Below are positions 52,067-61,814 of a stretch of 64,000 nucleotides of DNA, piece after piece. The first letter of the stretch is position 1; each line of letters starts with the position of its first letter. This stretch comes from an uncultured Candidatus Rokubacteria bacterium (GTDB lineage: Bacteria > Methylomirabilota > Methylomirabilia > Rokubacteriales > DASRDR01): positions 96,001 to 160,000 of the forward strand of contig CAWDVE010000010.1 in assembly GCA_963805625.1 (NCBI GenBank). The letters run 5' to 3'. The position numbers and the translations under genes are program-made. The notes under the pieces are model-generated. The model did no database searches. It was not told the origin of the DNA and worked only from the letters and a program-made list of their open reading frames with translations.

Positions 52067-53260
52067 TCAGATCGGCTCGACGAGGACGCGCTCGCCGGCC
52101 TTCACGTCGCCCCGGGCCTCCTCCAGGATGATGAGGCAGTTGGCGGCGACCATCGAGGAGAGGATGCCCGAGCCCTGGGGGCCGGTGGTCGAGACCTCGT
52201 AGCCGTGGTCGGTGAACCGGAGGATGCCGCGCTTGAACTCGCGGCGGCCAGCCCGCTTCCGCATCGGCTCGACGGCGGTTGCGGTGACGCACTCGGGGTC
52301 GAGCCGCGTTCGCCCACCAAGCTTCCAGAGAGCCGGGCGGACGAATAGGTGGAAGCAGAGCACGGAGGCGACGGGGTTGCCCGGGAGACCGAAGAACTGG
52401 GTCCCCGCGATCCGGCCGACCGCGAGCGGACGGCCCGGCTGCATCGCCACCTGCCAGAAGTCGATGCTGCCGATCTCCCCCAGCACGCTCTTGACGAGGT
52501 CGTAGTCGCCGACCGAGACGCCGCCAGAGGTGAGCACGACGTCCGCCGTGCCGGCGGCCTGGAGGAGGCGCTCGAGGAGGCGCTCGCGGATGTCGGGCAC
52601 GATGCCAAGGTCGAGCGGCTCGGCGCCGGCCCCCTCCACCATGCCGCCGAGCGAGAAGCGGTTCGCATCGTAGATCTGTCCGGGACGACGAGACTGGCCC
52701 GGCTCCACCACCTCGTCGCCGGTGGAGAGCAGGGCAACACGGGGCCGGCGGTGGACCCGCACCTCGGCGAAGCCGAGCGACGCGACGAGACCCAGGTCCT
52801 GCGGACGCAGCACCGCGCCCGCCTTGAGCACGACCGCCCCGCCCCGGACGTCCTCACCGCGTGACCGCACGTTCGCGCCGGGGTCGACCGCGCGAAGGTC
52901 GACCCAGTCTCCCGCGCTCTCGCTGAGTTCCTGCGGCACGACGGTGTCCGCGCCGCGCGGCATGGGCGCGCCGGTCATGATGCGGAGCGCCTCGTGCGGT
53001 CCGATGCCACCCTCGTAGACCGCGCCGGCGGGAAGGTCCGCCACTACCCGAACGCGTGCGCGGCCTCCCGGATCGAGGTCCGCTGCCCGGACGGCGAACC
53101 CGTCCACGGCCGAGTTGTCGGCGGTCGGGACGTCGAAGGGAGCGCGGACGTCCTTCGCGAGAACGCGCCCGAGCCCTCGCGCGACCGGGAGCGTCTCCTC
53201 CGGCGCTGCGGTCGCCACGTCGGCGAGGATGCGAGCCCTGGCTTCCGCGACGGGAATCAT
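52067..53260 (-). CDS. moeA: Molybdopterin molybdotransferase
   Basis: SAVDGFA, IMTGAP, STGDE, SGGVSVGDYD, GLPGNP and QGSG. Confidence 0.93.
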   Translation of the reverse strand: MIPVAEARARILADVATAAPEETLPVARGLGRVLAKDVRAPFDVPTADNSAVDGFAVRAADLDPGGRARVRVVADLPAGAVYEGGIGPHEALRIMTGAPMPRGADTVVPQELSESAGDWVDLRAVDPGANVRSRGEDVRGGAVVLKAGAVLRPQDLGLVASLGFAEVRVHRRPRVALLSTGDEVVEPGQSRRPGQIYDANRFSLGGMVEGAGAEPLDLGIVPDIRERLLERLLQAAGTADVVLTSGGVSVGDYDLVKSVLGEIGSIDFWQVAMQPGRPLAVGRIAGTQFFGLPGNPVASVLCFHLFVRPALWKLGGRTRLDPECVTATAVEPMRKRAGRREFKRGILRFTDHGYEVSTTGPQGSGILSSMVAANCLIILEEARGDVKAGERVLVEPI

Positions 53261-53308
53261 GGCGGCGCCCGGTATTATACCGGGCGGTCTGCTATAGTGG
53301 CGGCACCG

Positions 53309-53863
53309 ATGGACGACGCGCGCGAGTGGACCGCGACGGCGCCGCGAGCGGGCGCGCACGCTCCCGCGGTGGTCCAGCCGGGCGACCCGTGGGGCGCGCC
53401 GGTCTTGGCGCCCGACGCGCGCGTCGCGGGCGGTCCGGACGCGGTGGGTCTCACGCCGGCGGGAATCCAGCGTCGCGGCTTCGCGCTCGTCGTGGACCTG
53501 ATCATCGCGGTGATCCTCTGGAAGATCGGAACGCAGCTCGCGGTGGGCCTTGCCCGGCTCGCGCCGAATCTCGACGTCGTCGCTCAGGCGTTCGGACGGA
53601 CGTGGCAGCTGGTGGTGCCTGTGGCGTACTTCGTCCTGAGCCACGGTACCGGCGGGCAGACGGTGGGCAAACGCCTCCTGGGCGCCCGCGTCATCGACGA
53701 GAGCGGCGCGCCGATCGGGTACCTCCGCGCCCTCGGACGGTGCGTGGCGACGGTCGTGGCGGCGATGCCATTCGGGATCGGCCTGGTCGTCGCGGGATTC
53801 AGGCGAGATCGACGCGGGCTCCACGACTTCCTGGCGGGCACTCGCGTGGTGCGCGTGCGATGA
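53309..53863 (+). CDS. RDD-family membrane protein
   Basis: RRGFALVVD, GQTVGKRLLG and RGLHDFLAGTRVV. Confidence 0.9.
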   Translation: MDDAREWTATAPRAGAHAPAVVQPGDPWGAPVLAPDARVAGGPDAVGLTPAGIQRRGFALVVDLIIAVILWKIGTQLAVGLARLAPNLDVVAQAFGRTWQLVVPVAYFVLSHGTGGQTVGKRLLGARVIDESGAPIGYLRALGRCVATVVAAMPFGIGLVVAGFRRDRRGLHDFLAGTRVVRVR

Positions 53864-53888
53864 CCCGATCGGGCGCGGAGACGTGCCG

Positions 53889-54980
53889 ATGACCCTCGAC
53901 GTTCTGCGCGACGCGGCCCGACTGGCCGAGAGCGGCGAACCTGCGGGGCTCGCCACGATCGTGGCCACCCGCGGCTCCACGCCGCAGAAGGTGGGAGCGC
54001 GGCTCCTCGCGCGCGGAGGCCAGCGACTCGCGGGAACGCTCGGGGGCGGAGCGGTGGAAGCGGACACGATCCGCGAGGCGACGCTGGCCGCGGCGGGCGG
54101 TGCGCCCGCGCTGCGCGAGTATACGCTGTCGACCGGCGTCGACGACTGGGGGCTGGCGTGCGGCGGGACGATGCTCGTGTTCGTGGAGCGTCTGGACCGA
54201 CACGCACTCGGGTGGCTCACGCCGGTGCTCGAGGCCACGGAAGGGCACCAGGCGGTTGCGGTCGTGACGGCCCTCGACGGCGAAGCGGCTGGCGCCCGCG
54301 TTCTCGTGTCGGAAGGCGAGACCGTGGGCGCTCTCCCGGATGCTGCACTGACGGCCGCCGCGGTGGAGCTCGGACGGCGCGCGCTCGAGGAGGAGGCGCC
54401 CGAGCTTCGCGCGTCCGAGGGGATGAGGCTCTATGCCGAGCCCTTCGGTCCTCCGCCCGCGCTGATCGTCGTCGGGGCGGGGCACGTGGGAAAGGCTCTC
54501 GCCGGCCTGGCCAGGGGCCTGGGTGTGTCAGTGACCGTGGTCGACGACCGGCCCGAGTACGCGAGCCGCGAGCGCTTCCCGGAGGCCGACCGTGTGGTGG
54601 CGGCGCCGGTCGGTGAGGCGCTCGGATGGCTCCCGATCGGCTCGGCAACGGCGATCGTGGTCGCGATGCGGAACCAGGACCTCGACTACGAGGCGACGGC
54701 CAGCGCGCTCCGGACACCGGCGCGCTACGTTGGGCTAATGGGAGCGCGCCGAAAGGCCGTCCTCGTCACCGAGCGTCTGGTGGCGGACGGATTCCCGATC
54801 GAGCGGATTCGGGCGCTCCGGGCGCCGATCGGACTCGACATCGGTGCGCGCGCGCCGGAGGAGATCGCCGTATCCATCCTCGCCGAGTGGCTCATGGTCC
54901 GGCAGGGTGGCACTGGGAGCGCGCTCCGCCTCGATGAGCAGCTCTTCGAGAAGGCCGCAGGGCGCGGCGCTTCCACGTAA
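53889..54980 (+). CDS. xdhC: XdhC/CoxI-family Moco insertion chaperone
   Basis: GSTP, GTLGGG, CGG, GAGHVG, DDR and APIGLDIGA..PEEIA. Confidence 0.9.
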   Translation: MTLDVLRDAARLAESGEPAGLATIVATRGSTPQKVGARLLARGGQRLAGTLGGGAVEADTIREATLAAAGGAPALREYTLSTGVDDWGLACGGTMLVFVERLDRHALGWLTPVLEATEGHQAVAVVTALDGEAAGARVLVSEGETVGALPDAALTAAAVELGRRALEEEAPELRASEGMRLYAEPFGPPPALIVVGAGHVGKALAGLARGLGVSVTVVDDRPEYASRERFPEADRVVAAPVGEALGWLPIGSATAIVVAMRNQDLDYEATASALRTPARYVGLMGARRKAVLVTERLVADGFPIERIRALRAPIGLDIGARAPEEIAVSILAEWLMVRQGGTGSALRLDEQLFEKAAGRGAST

Positions 54981-55015
54981 ACCCGGCCGGGCTCAGGTGT
55001 CCCGTCCTCCTGCTG

Positions 55016-55681
55016 GTGGGGCCGTTACCGCTTCCCCTCCGCAACCGACTCGCCGAGCTGGTCCTGGAGGCGTTCGAGCCAGGCGAGGCGCGGGCGACGG
55101 TGCTCGCCCTCGCGCGGGCCTCCCGGGCCGAGGGATCCGAGGTCGACACCGCCGACGCCGGCCGTCTCCTGGCGCTCGGGTGGTTCGAGTCCGCGGCGCC
55201 GGGCCGGGTGCGGCTCATCGGCGGATACCGGGTCCACGGGCCGAGTCTCGCCGAGCGGGCGGCGCGAGCGGCCTCGGTCGTCGGGGAGTGGCGGGAGTGC
55301 GAAGACCGTGGCACGGAGGAAATGGCGTCGCTCCTCGAGCGTGCGGCCGCGCTCGCGAACCATGGTCTCTTCTTCGAGGTGCACGAGCTGCTCGAGCCCG
55401 CCTGGTTTCGCGCGCCGGAGCCCACGCGGACAGCGCTCCAGGGACTGATCCAGGTCGCGGTCGCGTTCCATCACCTCGAGAGCGGGAACCTCGAGGGAGC
55501 CCGTTCGCTCCTCGTCCTGGGCGTGGCGAAGGTCACGGAGGCGGGAGCGGCCCTGCCGCTCGATACACGTGGGTGGCTGGGAGAGCTCAGAGCGACGCTC
55601 GCCACGCTTGCCGCCGGGGAGAGCCCGACGCTCGTTCCGCGCTGGCCACCCTGGCCACGCCCGCGCGTTCCGTTTCCCTGA
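55016..55681 (+). CDS. DUF309-domain protein
   Basis: FFEVHELLE..W and LQGLIQVAVAFHH. Confidence 0.8.
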   Translation: MGPLPLPLRNRLAELVLEAFEPGEARATVLALARASRAEGSEVDTADAGRLLALGWFESAAPGRVRLIGGYRVHGPSLAERAARAASVVGEWRECEDRGTEEMASLLERAAALANHGLFFEVHELLEPAWFRAPEPTRTALQGLIQVAVAFHHLESGNLEGARSLLVLGVAKVTEAGAALPLDTRGWLGELRATLATLAAGESPTLVPRWPPWPRPRVPFP

Positions 55682-55712
55682 GCGACCCCGCGACGGGACC
55701 GGAGGAGGCCTG

Positions 55713-56666
55713 ATGGCGCTGCTGCTGAACGAATCCGAGGTCACGATGCTCCTGCCGATGTCGCTGGCGATCGAGGCGGTCGAGGACGCCTTCCGGTGGC
55801 AAGGGGAGGGGAAACTGACGAACAAGCCCCGCGTCCGCCTGCCGGTGCCAGGGGGGCTGCTCCACGTGATGCCCGCGGCGCTGCCCGAGGCGCGGGTCAT
55901 GGGACTCAAGACCTACGCGACCGTACGCGGCGGCACCAAGTTCGTGGTGCTGCTCTTCTCGGCGGAGACCGGCGCCCTCCTCGCCATCATCGAGGCCGAC
56001 AAGCTCGGTCAGATGCGGACCGGCGCCGCGTCCGGCGTCGCCACGAAGTACCTCGCCCGGCCGGACGCCGACCGGGTGGGGTGCTACGGCACCGGATGGC
56101 AGGCGCGCTCGCAGCTCGAGGCGGTCTGCGCCGTCCGGCGGGTGCGGGAGGCGCGTGTCTACGGGCGAGATCCCGAGCGCCGGGCGCGTTTCGCCGAGGA
56201 GATGGGACCGCTGCTCGGCGTCCCCGTGGTGGCGGTCGACCGGCCCGAGGTGGCGGCCCGGGACGCCTCGATCCTCGTCACGATCACCGGGTCGAAGACG
56301 CCTGTCCTCGAAGGACGCTGGATCGCGCCTGGCGCCCACGTGAACGCCGCCGGCTCGAACGCGCTCCAGCGGGCGGAGCTCGACGTCGAGGCGGTGCGTC
56401 GCGCCGGCCTCGTGGTGACGGACTCGCTGGAGCAGGCGCGCGTGGAGTGCGGCGACCTGGTGGCGGCGCTGGAACAAGGGGTGATCCGGTGGGAGGACGT
56501 GCACGAGCTGGGTGAGGTCGTCGCCGGCCGCCATCTCGGCCGGACGGGCGCCGCCGAGATCACGCTCTTCGAGTCCCAGGGGGTGGCCATGGAGGACGTC
56601 GCCGTCGCGGTCCGGCTCGTCGCCCGGGCGCGCGAGCGCCGCGTGGGGACGGAGATTCCCATCTGA
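55713..56666 (+). CDS. Ornithine cyclodeaminase/mu-crystallin family protein
   Basis: RTGAASGVA, GTGWQA, HVNAAGSN and FESQG..EDV; GGAGG SD. Confidence 0.9.
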   Translation: MALLLNESEVTMLLPMSLAIEAVEDAFRWQGEGKLTNKPRVRLPVPGGLLHVMPAALPEARVMGLKTYATVRGGTKFVVLLFSAETGALLAIIEADKLGQMRTGAASGVATKYLARPDADRVGCYGTGWQARSQLEAVCAVRRVREARVYGRDPERRARFAEEMGPLLGVPVVAVDRPEVAARDASILVTITGSKTPVLEGRWIAPGAHVNAAGSNALQRAELDVEAVRRAGLVVTDSLEQARVECGDLVAALEQGVIRWEDVHELGEVVAGRHLGRTGAAEITLFESQGVAMEDVAVAVRLVARARERRVGTEIPI

Positions 56667-56668
56667 CC

Positions 56669-58177
56669 ATGGCGCCCAGCGTGACGCGCGAGGGTGAGCT
56701 CGACGTGGTGGTCGTGGGCGGCGGGAACGCCGCGCTCTGCGCGGCCCTGGCCGCCCGGGAGTCCGGCGCGCGGGTGGTGCTCCTCGAGAAGGCGCCCCCG
56801 CACGAGCGCGGCGGCAACTCGTTCTTCACGGCGGGCGGCTTCCGGTTCACACACACCGGGCTCGACGATCTTCGGCGGGACGTTCTCGTCGACCTCACCG
56901 ACGGGGAGGCGGCGGCTGTCGACGTTCCACCGTACACCACCGACCAGTTCCTCGGCGACCTCATGCGGCTGACCGAGGGGTTGAGCGATCCCGACCTGGC
57001 GGACGTCCTGATCCGCCGGTCCCGCCCGACCGTCGTGTGGATGCGGGGTCACGGGGTGCGGTGGATCCTCATGATGGCGCGCCAGTCCTACCACGTCGGC
57101 GGCAAGCACCGCTTCTGGGGCGGGCTCAACGTGGAAGCGGTCGGTGGCGGTCCGGGGCTGATCGAGGCTCTCTACGAGGGCGCCGAGCGGCTGGGCGTCG
57201 ACGTGCGCTACGGGACCAAGGGGACGGGGCTCCTGCTCGACGGGCGCGGCGCGATCCGTGGCGTCACCTGCCGAGGCCCCGACGGCTTCTTCGAGGTCGC
57301 AACCCGGTCGGTGGTCCTGGCGTCGGGCGGATTCGAGGCTAACCCGGAGTGGCGCGCCCGGTACCTCGGCCCCGGCTGGGAGCTCGCCCACGTCCGCGGT
57401 ACGCGCCACAATACCGGCGACGGGATCCGCATCGCGCTCGAGGTTGGCGCTCAACCCTACGGCAACTGGTCCGGCTGCCACGCGGTGGCCTGGGATGCGG
57501 GCTCCCCGCCTTTCGGCGACCGCCGGGTGGGCGACATGTTCCAGAAGCACTCGTATCCCCTCGGCATCATCGTCAACGTCCGCGGGGAGCGGTTCGTGGA
57601 CGAGGGTGCCGACTTCCGGAACTACACGTACGCGAAGTACGGGCGGGAGATCCTCCGGCAGCCCCAGCGCCTCGCGTTCCAGATCTTCGATCAGAAGGTC
57701 GTGCCGATCCTGCGGGAGGAGTACCGGATCCGCGAGGTGACCAAGGGTGAGGCGGGGACGATCGAGGAGCTGGCTCGGCAGCTCGACATCGACCCGCGCG
57801 GCCTCGCCCGGACGGTGGGCGACTTCAATACGGGGGTCGCTCCGGGTGAATTCAATCCCGCGGTGCTCGACGGCAAAGGGACGCGGGGCGTCGTTCCGCC
57901 CAAGTCGAACTGGGCGCAGACGCTCGACACTCCGCCCTTCGTCGGGTATGCGGTCACCTGCGGGATCACCTTCACTTTCGGCGGTCTCCGGGTCACACCA
58001 CGCGCCGAGGTCCTCGACACCGAGGACCGGCCGATTCCCGGACTGCTCGCCGCCGGAGAGCTGGTGGGCGGCCTCTTCTACGAGAACTACCCCGGAGGCA
58101 CGGGGCTCATGGCCGGGGCCGCGTTCGGCCGGCTTGCGGGGGAGCAGGCAGGGGCCTACGTGGCCCAGGCGCGTTGA
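56669..58177 (+). CDS. tcuA: FAD-dependent tricarballylate dehydrogenase-like flavoprotein
   Basis: GGGNAA, RGGNS, GGFEAN, GERFVDEG, ITFTFGG and YPGGTGL. Confidence 0.8.
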   Translation: MAPSVTREGELDVVVVGGGNAALCAALAARESGARVVLLEKAPPHERGGNSFFTAGGFRFTHTGLDDLRRDVLVDLTDGEAAAVDVPPYTTDQFLGDLMRLTEGLSDPDLADVLIRRSRPTVVWMRGHGVRWILMMARQSYHVGGKHRFWGGLNVEAVGGGPGLIEALYEGAERLGVDVRYGTKGTGLLLDGRGAIRGVTCRGPDGFFEVATRSVVLASGGFEANPEWRARYLGPGWELAHVRGTRHNTGDGIRIALEVGAQPYGNWSGCHAVAWDAGSPPFGDRRVGDMFQKHSYPLGIIVNVRGERFVDEGADFRNYTYAKYGREILRQPQRLAFQIFDQKVVPILREEYRIREVTKGEAGTIEELARQLDIDPRGLARTVGDFNTGVAPGEFNPAVLDGKGTRGVVPPKSNWAQTLDTPPFVGYAVTCGITFTFGGLRVTPRAEVLDTEDRPIPGLLAAGELVGGLFYENYPGGTGLMAGAAFGRLAGEQAGAYVAQAR

Positions 58178-58199
58178 CGGGCCGACAAGGAGGACGATC

Positions 58200-58991
58200 G
58201 TGGAGCTCGGGATCTCGGGACGGGTCGCGCTGGTGACGGGGGGATCGAAGGGCATCGGCCGGGCGGTCGCGGCCGGCCTGGCGAGCGAGGGTTGTCGCAT
58301 CGCGATCGCCGCGCGAGGGACGGAGGCTCTCCGGGGGACGGCGGAGTCTCTGATGGCCAAGGGCGCCGAGGTGCTGACTCTGGCCGCCGACCTTGCCGAG
58401 CCCGACGCAGCGCGTCGCGTCGTGGAGGCCGTCGTGGCCCGGTTCGGACGACTCGAGATCCTGGTGAACAACGCCGGCGCGATTCGGGGCGGGGACTTCC
58501 TGACGACGCCGGCCGAGGCGTGGGCGGACGACTGGCGGCTGAAGATTCTCGGCTACGTACGGATGGCACAGGCGGCGATCCCGATGATGCGGCCGGGGCG
58601 CTGGGGGCGGATCGTCAACATCATCGGCGCGGCGGCCCGGAACCCCGCCACCACCTACATGGCGGGAGGGATCGCCAATGCCGGGCTGATCAATTTCACC
58701 CGGGCCCTCGCCGACCTCGGGGCTCCGGACGGGATCCTGGTGAACGCGGTGAGTCCCGGGGCGACCGCAACCGAGCGGTGGGACCGCCTGGTGGCCCAGC
58801 AGGCCCAGGCCCAGGGGCAGTCCGTGGAAGTGCTCCGCGCCGAGGTGGCGAGGAAGCAGCCGCTCGGGCGAATCGGGCGGCCCGAGGATGTCGCAGACCT
58901 GGTCCTGTTCCTTGCCTCCGAGCGGGCGGGCTTCCTCACCGGAGCCTCGATCACGGTGGACGGGGGAGCGAGCAGGGGGGTGTACCTCTAA
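58200..58991 (+). CDS. Short-chain dehydrogenase/reductase
   Basis: TGGSKGIG, NNAG, PLGRIG and VDGG; the YxxxK motif is atypical (YMAGG). Confidence 0.88.
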   Translation: MELGISGRVALVTGGSKGIGRAVAAGLASEGCRIAIAARGTEALRGTAESLMAKGAEVLTLAADLAEPDAARRVVEAVVARFGRLEILVNNAGAIRGGDFLTTPAEAWADDWRLKILGYVRMAQAAIPMMRPGRWGRIVNIIGAAARNPATTYMAGGIANAGLINFTRALADLGAPDGILVNAVSPGATATERWDRLVAQQAQAQGQSVEVLRAEVARKQPLGRIGRPEDVADLVLFLASERAGFLTGASITVDGGASRGVYL

Positions 58992-59004
58992 GGCGGGAAT
59001 CCCC

Positions 59005-59034
59005 TTGACACCGGTCCCGGGCCCCGAGTACGTT
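59005..59034 (+). promoter_or_regulatory. Sigma70-type promoter of the RRM gene
   Basis: TTGACA-N18-TACGTT. Confidence 0.55.
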
Positions 59035-59148
59035 TTTCGCACTCCACGGGGCTTTCTTGAGCGACGTTCCGTCCGTCCGCTACCGGCCCTCGGAGAGGCG
59101 CGCCTCTCTGGGGGCTTTCTTGTCTCTCCCTGAGGCCGGAGGTGACCG

Positions 59149-59499
59149 ATGCCCGCCAAGCTCTTCGTAGGCAACCTGTCCTACCAGGCCACGGAGGAGG
59201 ACCTTCGGGAGCTCTTCCAGCAGGCCGGTACCGTCCAGTCGGTCCGGATCGTGACGGACCAGTTCACCGGGCGGCCGCGAGGGTTCGGCTTCGTGGAGAT
59301 GTCGACGCCGGAGGAAGCGACCCGGGCGGTCGATCAGCTGAACGGACGGGTGTTCCGGGACCGGAACCTCGTGGTCGATCAGGCGCGGTCCCAGGCGGGC
59401 GGCGGGGGCGGCGGCGGCCGGCCTCCAGGACGCGGTCCCCGGGACGATCGCCGAGGGCCGGGTGGGGGTGGGGGCGGGAGAGGGTCCTTCAACCGCTAG
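59149..59499 (+). CDS. RRM RNA-binding protein with Gly/Arg-rich tail
   Basis: RNP2 LFVGNL, RNP1 RGFGFVEM and a GGAGGT SD. Confidence 0.93.
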   Translation: MPAKLFVGNLSYQATEEDLRELFQQAGTVQSVRIVTDQFTGRPRGFGFVEMSTPEEATRAVDQLNGRVFRDRNLVVDQARSQAGGGGGGGRPPGRGPRDDRRGPGGGGGGRGSFNR

Positions 59500-59694
59500 A
59501 CTCGACAGTCGTCCGGTCGCCCCCTCGGGACACCTTCTGCTTGCCGGCGGGCGGTCGCGACCTCCTCCTCCTCCTCCGGAGCCACCGCAAGTGGGCCTGA
59601 ATCGCCAACTGTCCGTCGGGCTCCTCCATCCAGCGGAGCTCATCCGACGGCGGCGCGCTTGAGGCGAGTCACTCAACATCGGTATAGTACCAAT

Positions 59695-60618
59695 GTGCTT
59701 ACCCGCTACGTGGAGACCCAGGCGAAGAGCATCCTGAACTCCGTTCAGGGCATGGGGTTCCGCTGGAGCGTGAACCCCTATCGCGGCTGCGTGCACGGGT
59801 GCCACTACTGCTTTGCGCGCCGGTATCACCGGTATCTCGACCTGGGATCCGGCGAGGACTTCACGGGCGTGATCCTCGTGAAGGTCAACGCGGTGACGGT
59901 CCTGCGCGCGGAGCTTTCACGGCGCGGCTGGCCGCGCGCGACGGTCGCGGTGGGGACGGCGACCGATCCCTACCAGCCGATCGAGGGCCGCTACCGCCTG
60001 ACGCGCGGGATCCTCGAGGCCCTCGCCGATGCGAGGACGCCGGCGAGTGTGGTGACGAAGGGTCCGATGGTGATCCGGGACCGCGACGTGCTGGCGGCCG
60101 TCCGCGATCGCGCCGGGGTGTCGGTGTGCGTGAGCCTCACGACGCTCGATCCTGATCGCTGGCGTCGGCTCGAGCCCGGCACGGCCCCGCCGCGCCAGCG
60201 GCTCCGGGCCGTGGCGGCACTCGCGGCGGCCGGCATTCCCGTCGGCGTGCTGCTCGCACCGATCGTGCCCGGGCTGACGACCGATCGCGCGAACCTCGAG
60301 GCGGTTGTCCGCGGGGCGGCGGAACACGGCGCAGCGTTCCTCGGGGCCGGAGTGCTCCACCTCGAACCCGGCGTGCGCGAGCACTTCGACGGCTTTCTTT
60401 CCGCCGAGGCGCCGACCTTGCTGCCGCTCTACCGGCGCCTGTACCCGGGAACCCGGGCGCCCGCCGGCGTCGAGCAAAGCCTGGGAGCGGCCGTGGCGGA
60501 TCTCCGGCGGCGCTACGGTCTGGTCGACCGTCCCGTGTCGGCGCGGGCTCCGAGCGCCCCTGCACGGCAGGGCGGAGAGCATCAGGCGAGAGACTCCCAG
60601 CTGGGCCTGGGCCTTTGA
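59695..60618 (+). CDS. Radical SAM protein (SplB/Rv2578c-like)
   Basis: NPYRGCVHGCHYCFAR, TATDPYQPIE, TK and LEPG. Confidence 0.88.
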   Translation: MLTRYVETQAKSILNSVQGMGFRWSVNPYRGCVHGCHYCFARRYHRYLDLGSGEDFTGVILVKVNAVTVLRAELSRRGWPRATVAVGTATDPYQPIEGRYRLTRGILEALADARTPASVVTKGPMVIRDRDVLAAVRDRAGVSVCVSLTTLDPDRWRRLEPGTAPPRQRLRAVAALAAAGIPVGVLLAPIVPGLTTDRANLEAVVRGAAEHGAAFLGAGVLHLEPGVREHFDGFLSAEAPTLLPLYRRLYPGTRAPAGVEQSLGAAVADLRRRYGLVDRPVSARAPSAPARQGGEHQARDSQLGLGL

Positions 60619-60910
60619 GCCAGGCGCCGCCGGTGGGAGCGACCGATCATGCCTACGGTTGTTGACGCCTGACACGATGGCGACGACTCGGAGCGCCCCT
60701 CCGCCTGGCCGAGGTTCACGGCGTCGGTGAGGAACGCGCGGCAACGAACGAGATGGGTCGCCGTGAAGACCTCCTCGTCCTGGAGCGCGACGCGCTTCGC
60801 CGCGTCGAACGCCGGCAGGATCCAGTTGGGATAGTCGAGACCACGTGCGGTTCTCGACGTCGCGCGAGGCGGTCGCGCGGGTGTTCTCGCGCGTGGTGTT
60901 GTCGCGCGGG

Positions 60911-60939
60911 TTGACACACGGGCACGCGCGATCTAGAGT
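60911..60939 (+). promoter_or_regulatory. Sigma70-type promoter
   Basis: TTGACA-N17-TAGAGT. Confidence 0.55.
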
Positions 60940-61018
60940 CGCCGCGTGGTAAACGCCTCCGACGCGCAGAACCGTTCGGCGTCACCTCATCGCGTCGCTC
61001 CGCTCCGCCGGACCGCCC

Positions 61019-61810
61019 GTGCCGGGCTTGCGAGTCCGTGCGGGGGCGGTCGCGACTAGCTTCGCCGCGTCCGTCGTGCCCGCCGGCGGGCATACGCTGT
61101 CGAAGGCCGAGGCTCGCGCCCGAGTCTGGCGCGAGATGGAGATCCACGGTGTCGCCCGGTTCCCGGGGGCCAGCGGACGTATCCCGAACTTCGTCGGCGC
61201 CGAGCGCGCGGCGCTCCACCTCCAGGGTCTGCGCATCTGGCGGGAGGCCCGGGCGGTCAAGATCAATCCCGACGCACCACAACTCCCGGTCCGCCGGATG
61301 GCGCTTCGGGAGGGCAAGGTGGTCTACATGGCGGTGCCGAGGCTCAGGAGCCTCGAGTGCTTCCTCGAGTTGGACCCGGCCCGCCTGGGCAAGCAGGCTC
61401 TCCAGGCGGCCTCGATCCGGGGCGCGGAGCGGCTCGGCCGCCCGGTCGGCATCGAGGACCTGCCGCTCATCGATCTCATCGTGTGCGGGGCCGTCGCGGT
61501 GAACGCGCGCGGCGTCCGGGTGGGGAAGGGCGGAGGCTTCTCGGACCTCGAGTACGGGTTGCTCGCCGAGGCGGGCCGGGTCGGGCCCGGGACGCCGATC
61601 GTCACGACGGTCCATCCCGTGCAAATCCTTCCGGAGGCGATCGAGATGCGGCCTTACGACATCGCGGTCGACGTGGTCGTGACCCCCGACGGGGTGATGA
61701 CGCTTCGGCCGACGTTCCCCCGGCCCCGCGGCCTCTACCGGGAGGCGCTGGCCCCGGAGAAGTTCGCCGAGGTGCCGGTCATCGGGCACGTTCTCCGCCG
61801 GGGGGCGTGA
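61019..61810 (+). CDS. 5-formyltetrahydrofolate cyclo-ligase-like protein (MTHFSD type); start uncertain
   Basis: GRIPNFVGAE, NPDAPQ, PRL, RVGKGGGFSDLE and TTVH. Confidence 0.85.
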   Translation: MPGLRVRAGAVATSFAASVVPAGGHTLSKAEARARVWREMEIHGVARFPGASGRIPNFVGAERAALHLQGLRIWREARAVKINPDAPQLPVRRMALREGKVVYMAVPRLRSLECFLELDPARLGKQALQAASIRGAERLGRPVGIEDLPLIDLIVCGAVAVNARGVRVGKGGGFSDLEYGLLAEAGRVGPGTPIVTTVHPVQILPEAIEMRPYDIAVDVVVTPDGVMTLRPTFPRPRGLYREALAPEKFAEVPVIGHVLRRGA

Positions 61811-61814
61811 CGGG

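Noticed and set aside
56159-58471. Long antisense ORFs in the high-GC part (e.g. 770 aa here, 475 aa at 48601, 443 aa at 61779)
   Set aside because: They are shadow ORFs opposite well-supported genes, expected when stop codons are scarce at high GC.
60582-60917. Minus-strand ORF containing LDYPNWILPAFDAAKR
   Set aside because: It has no convincing start and overlaps a promoter and the end of the radical SAM gene; at most a gene remnant.
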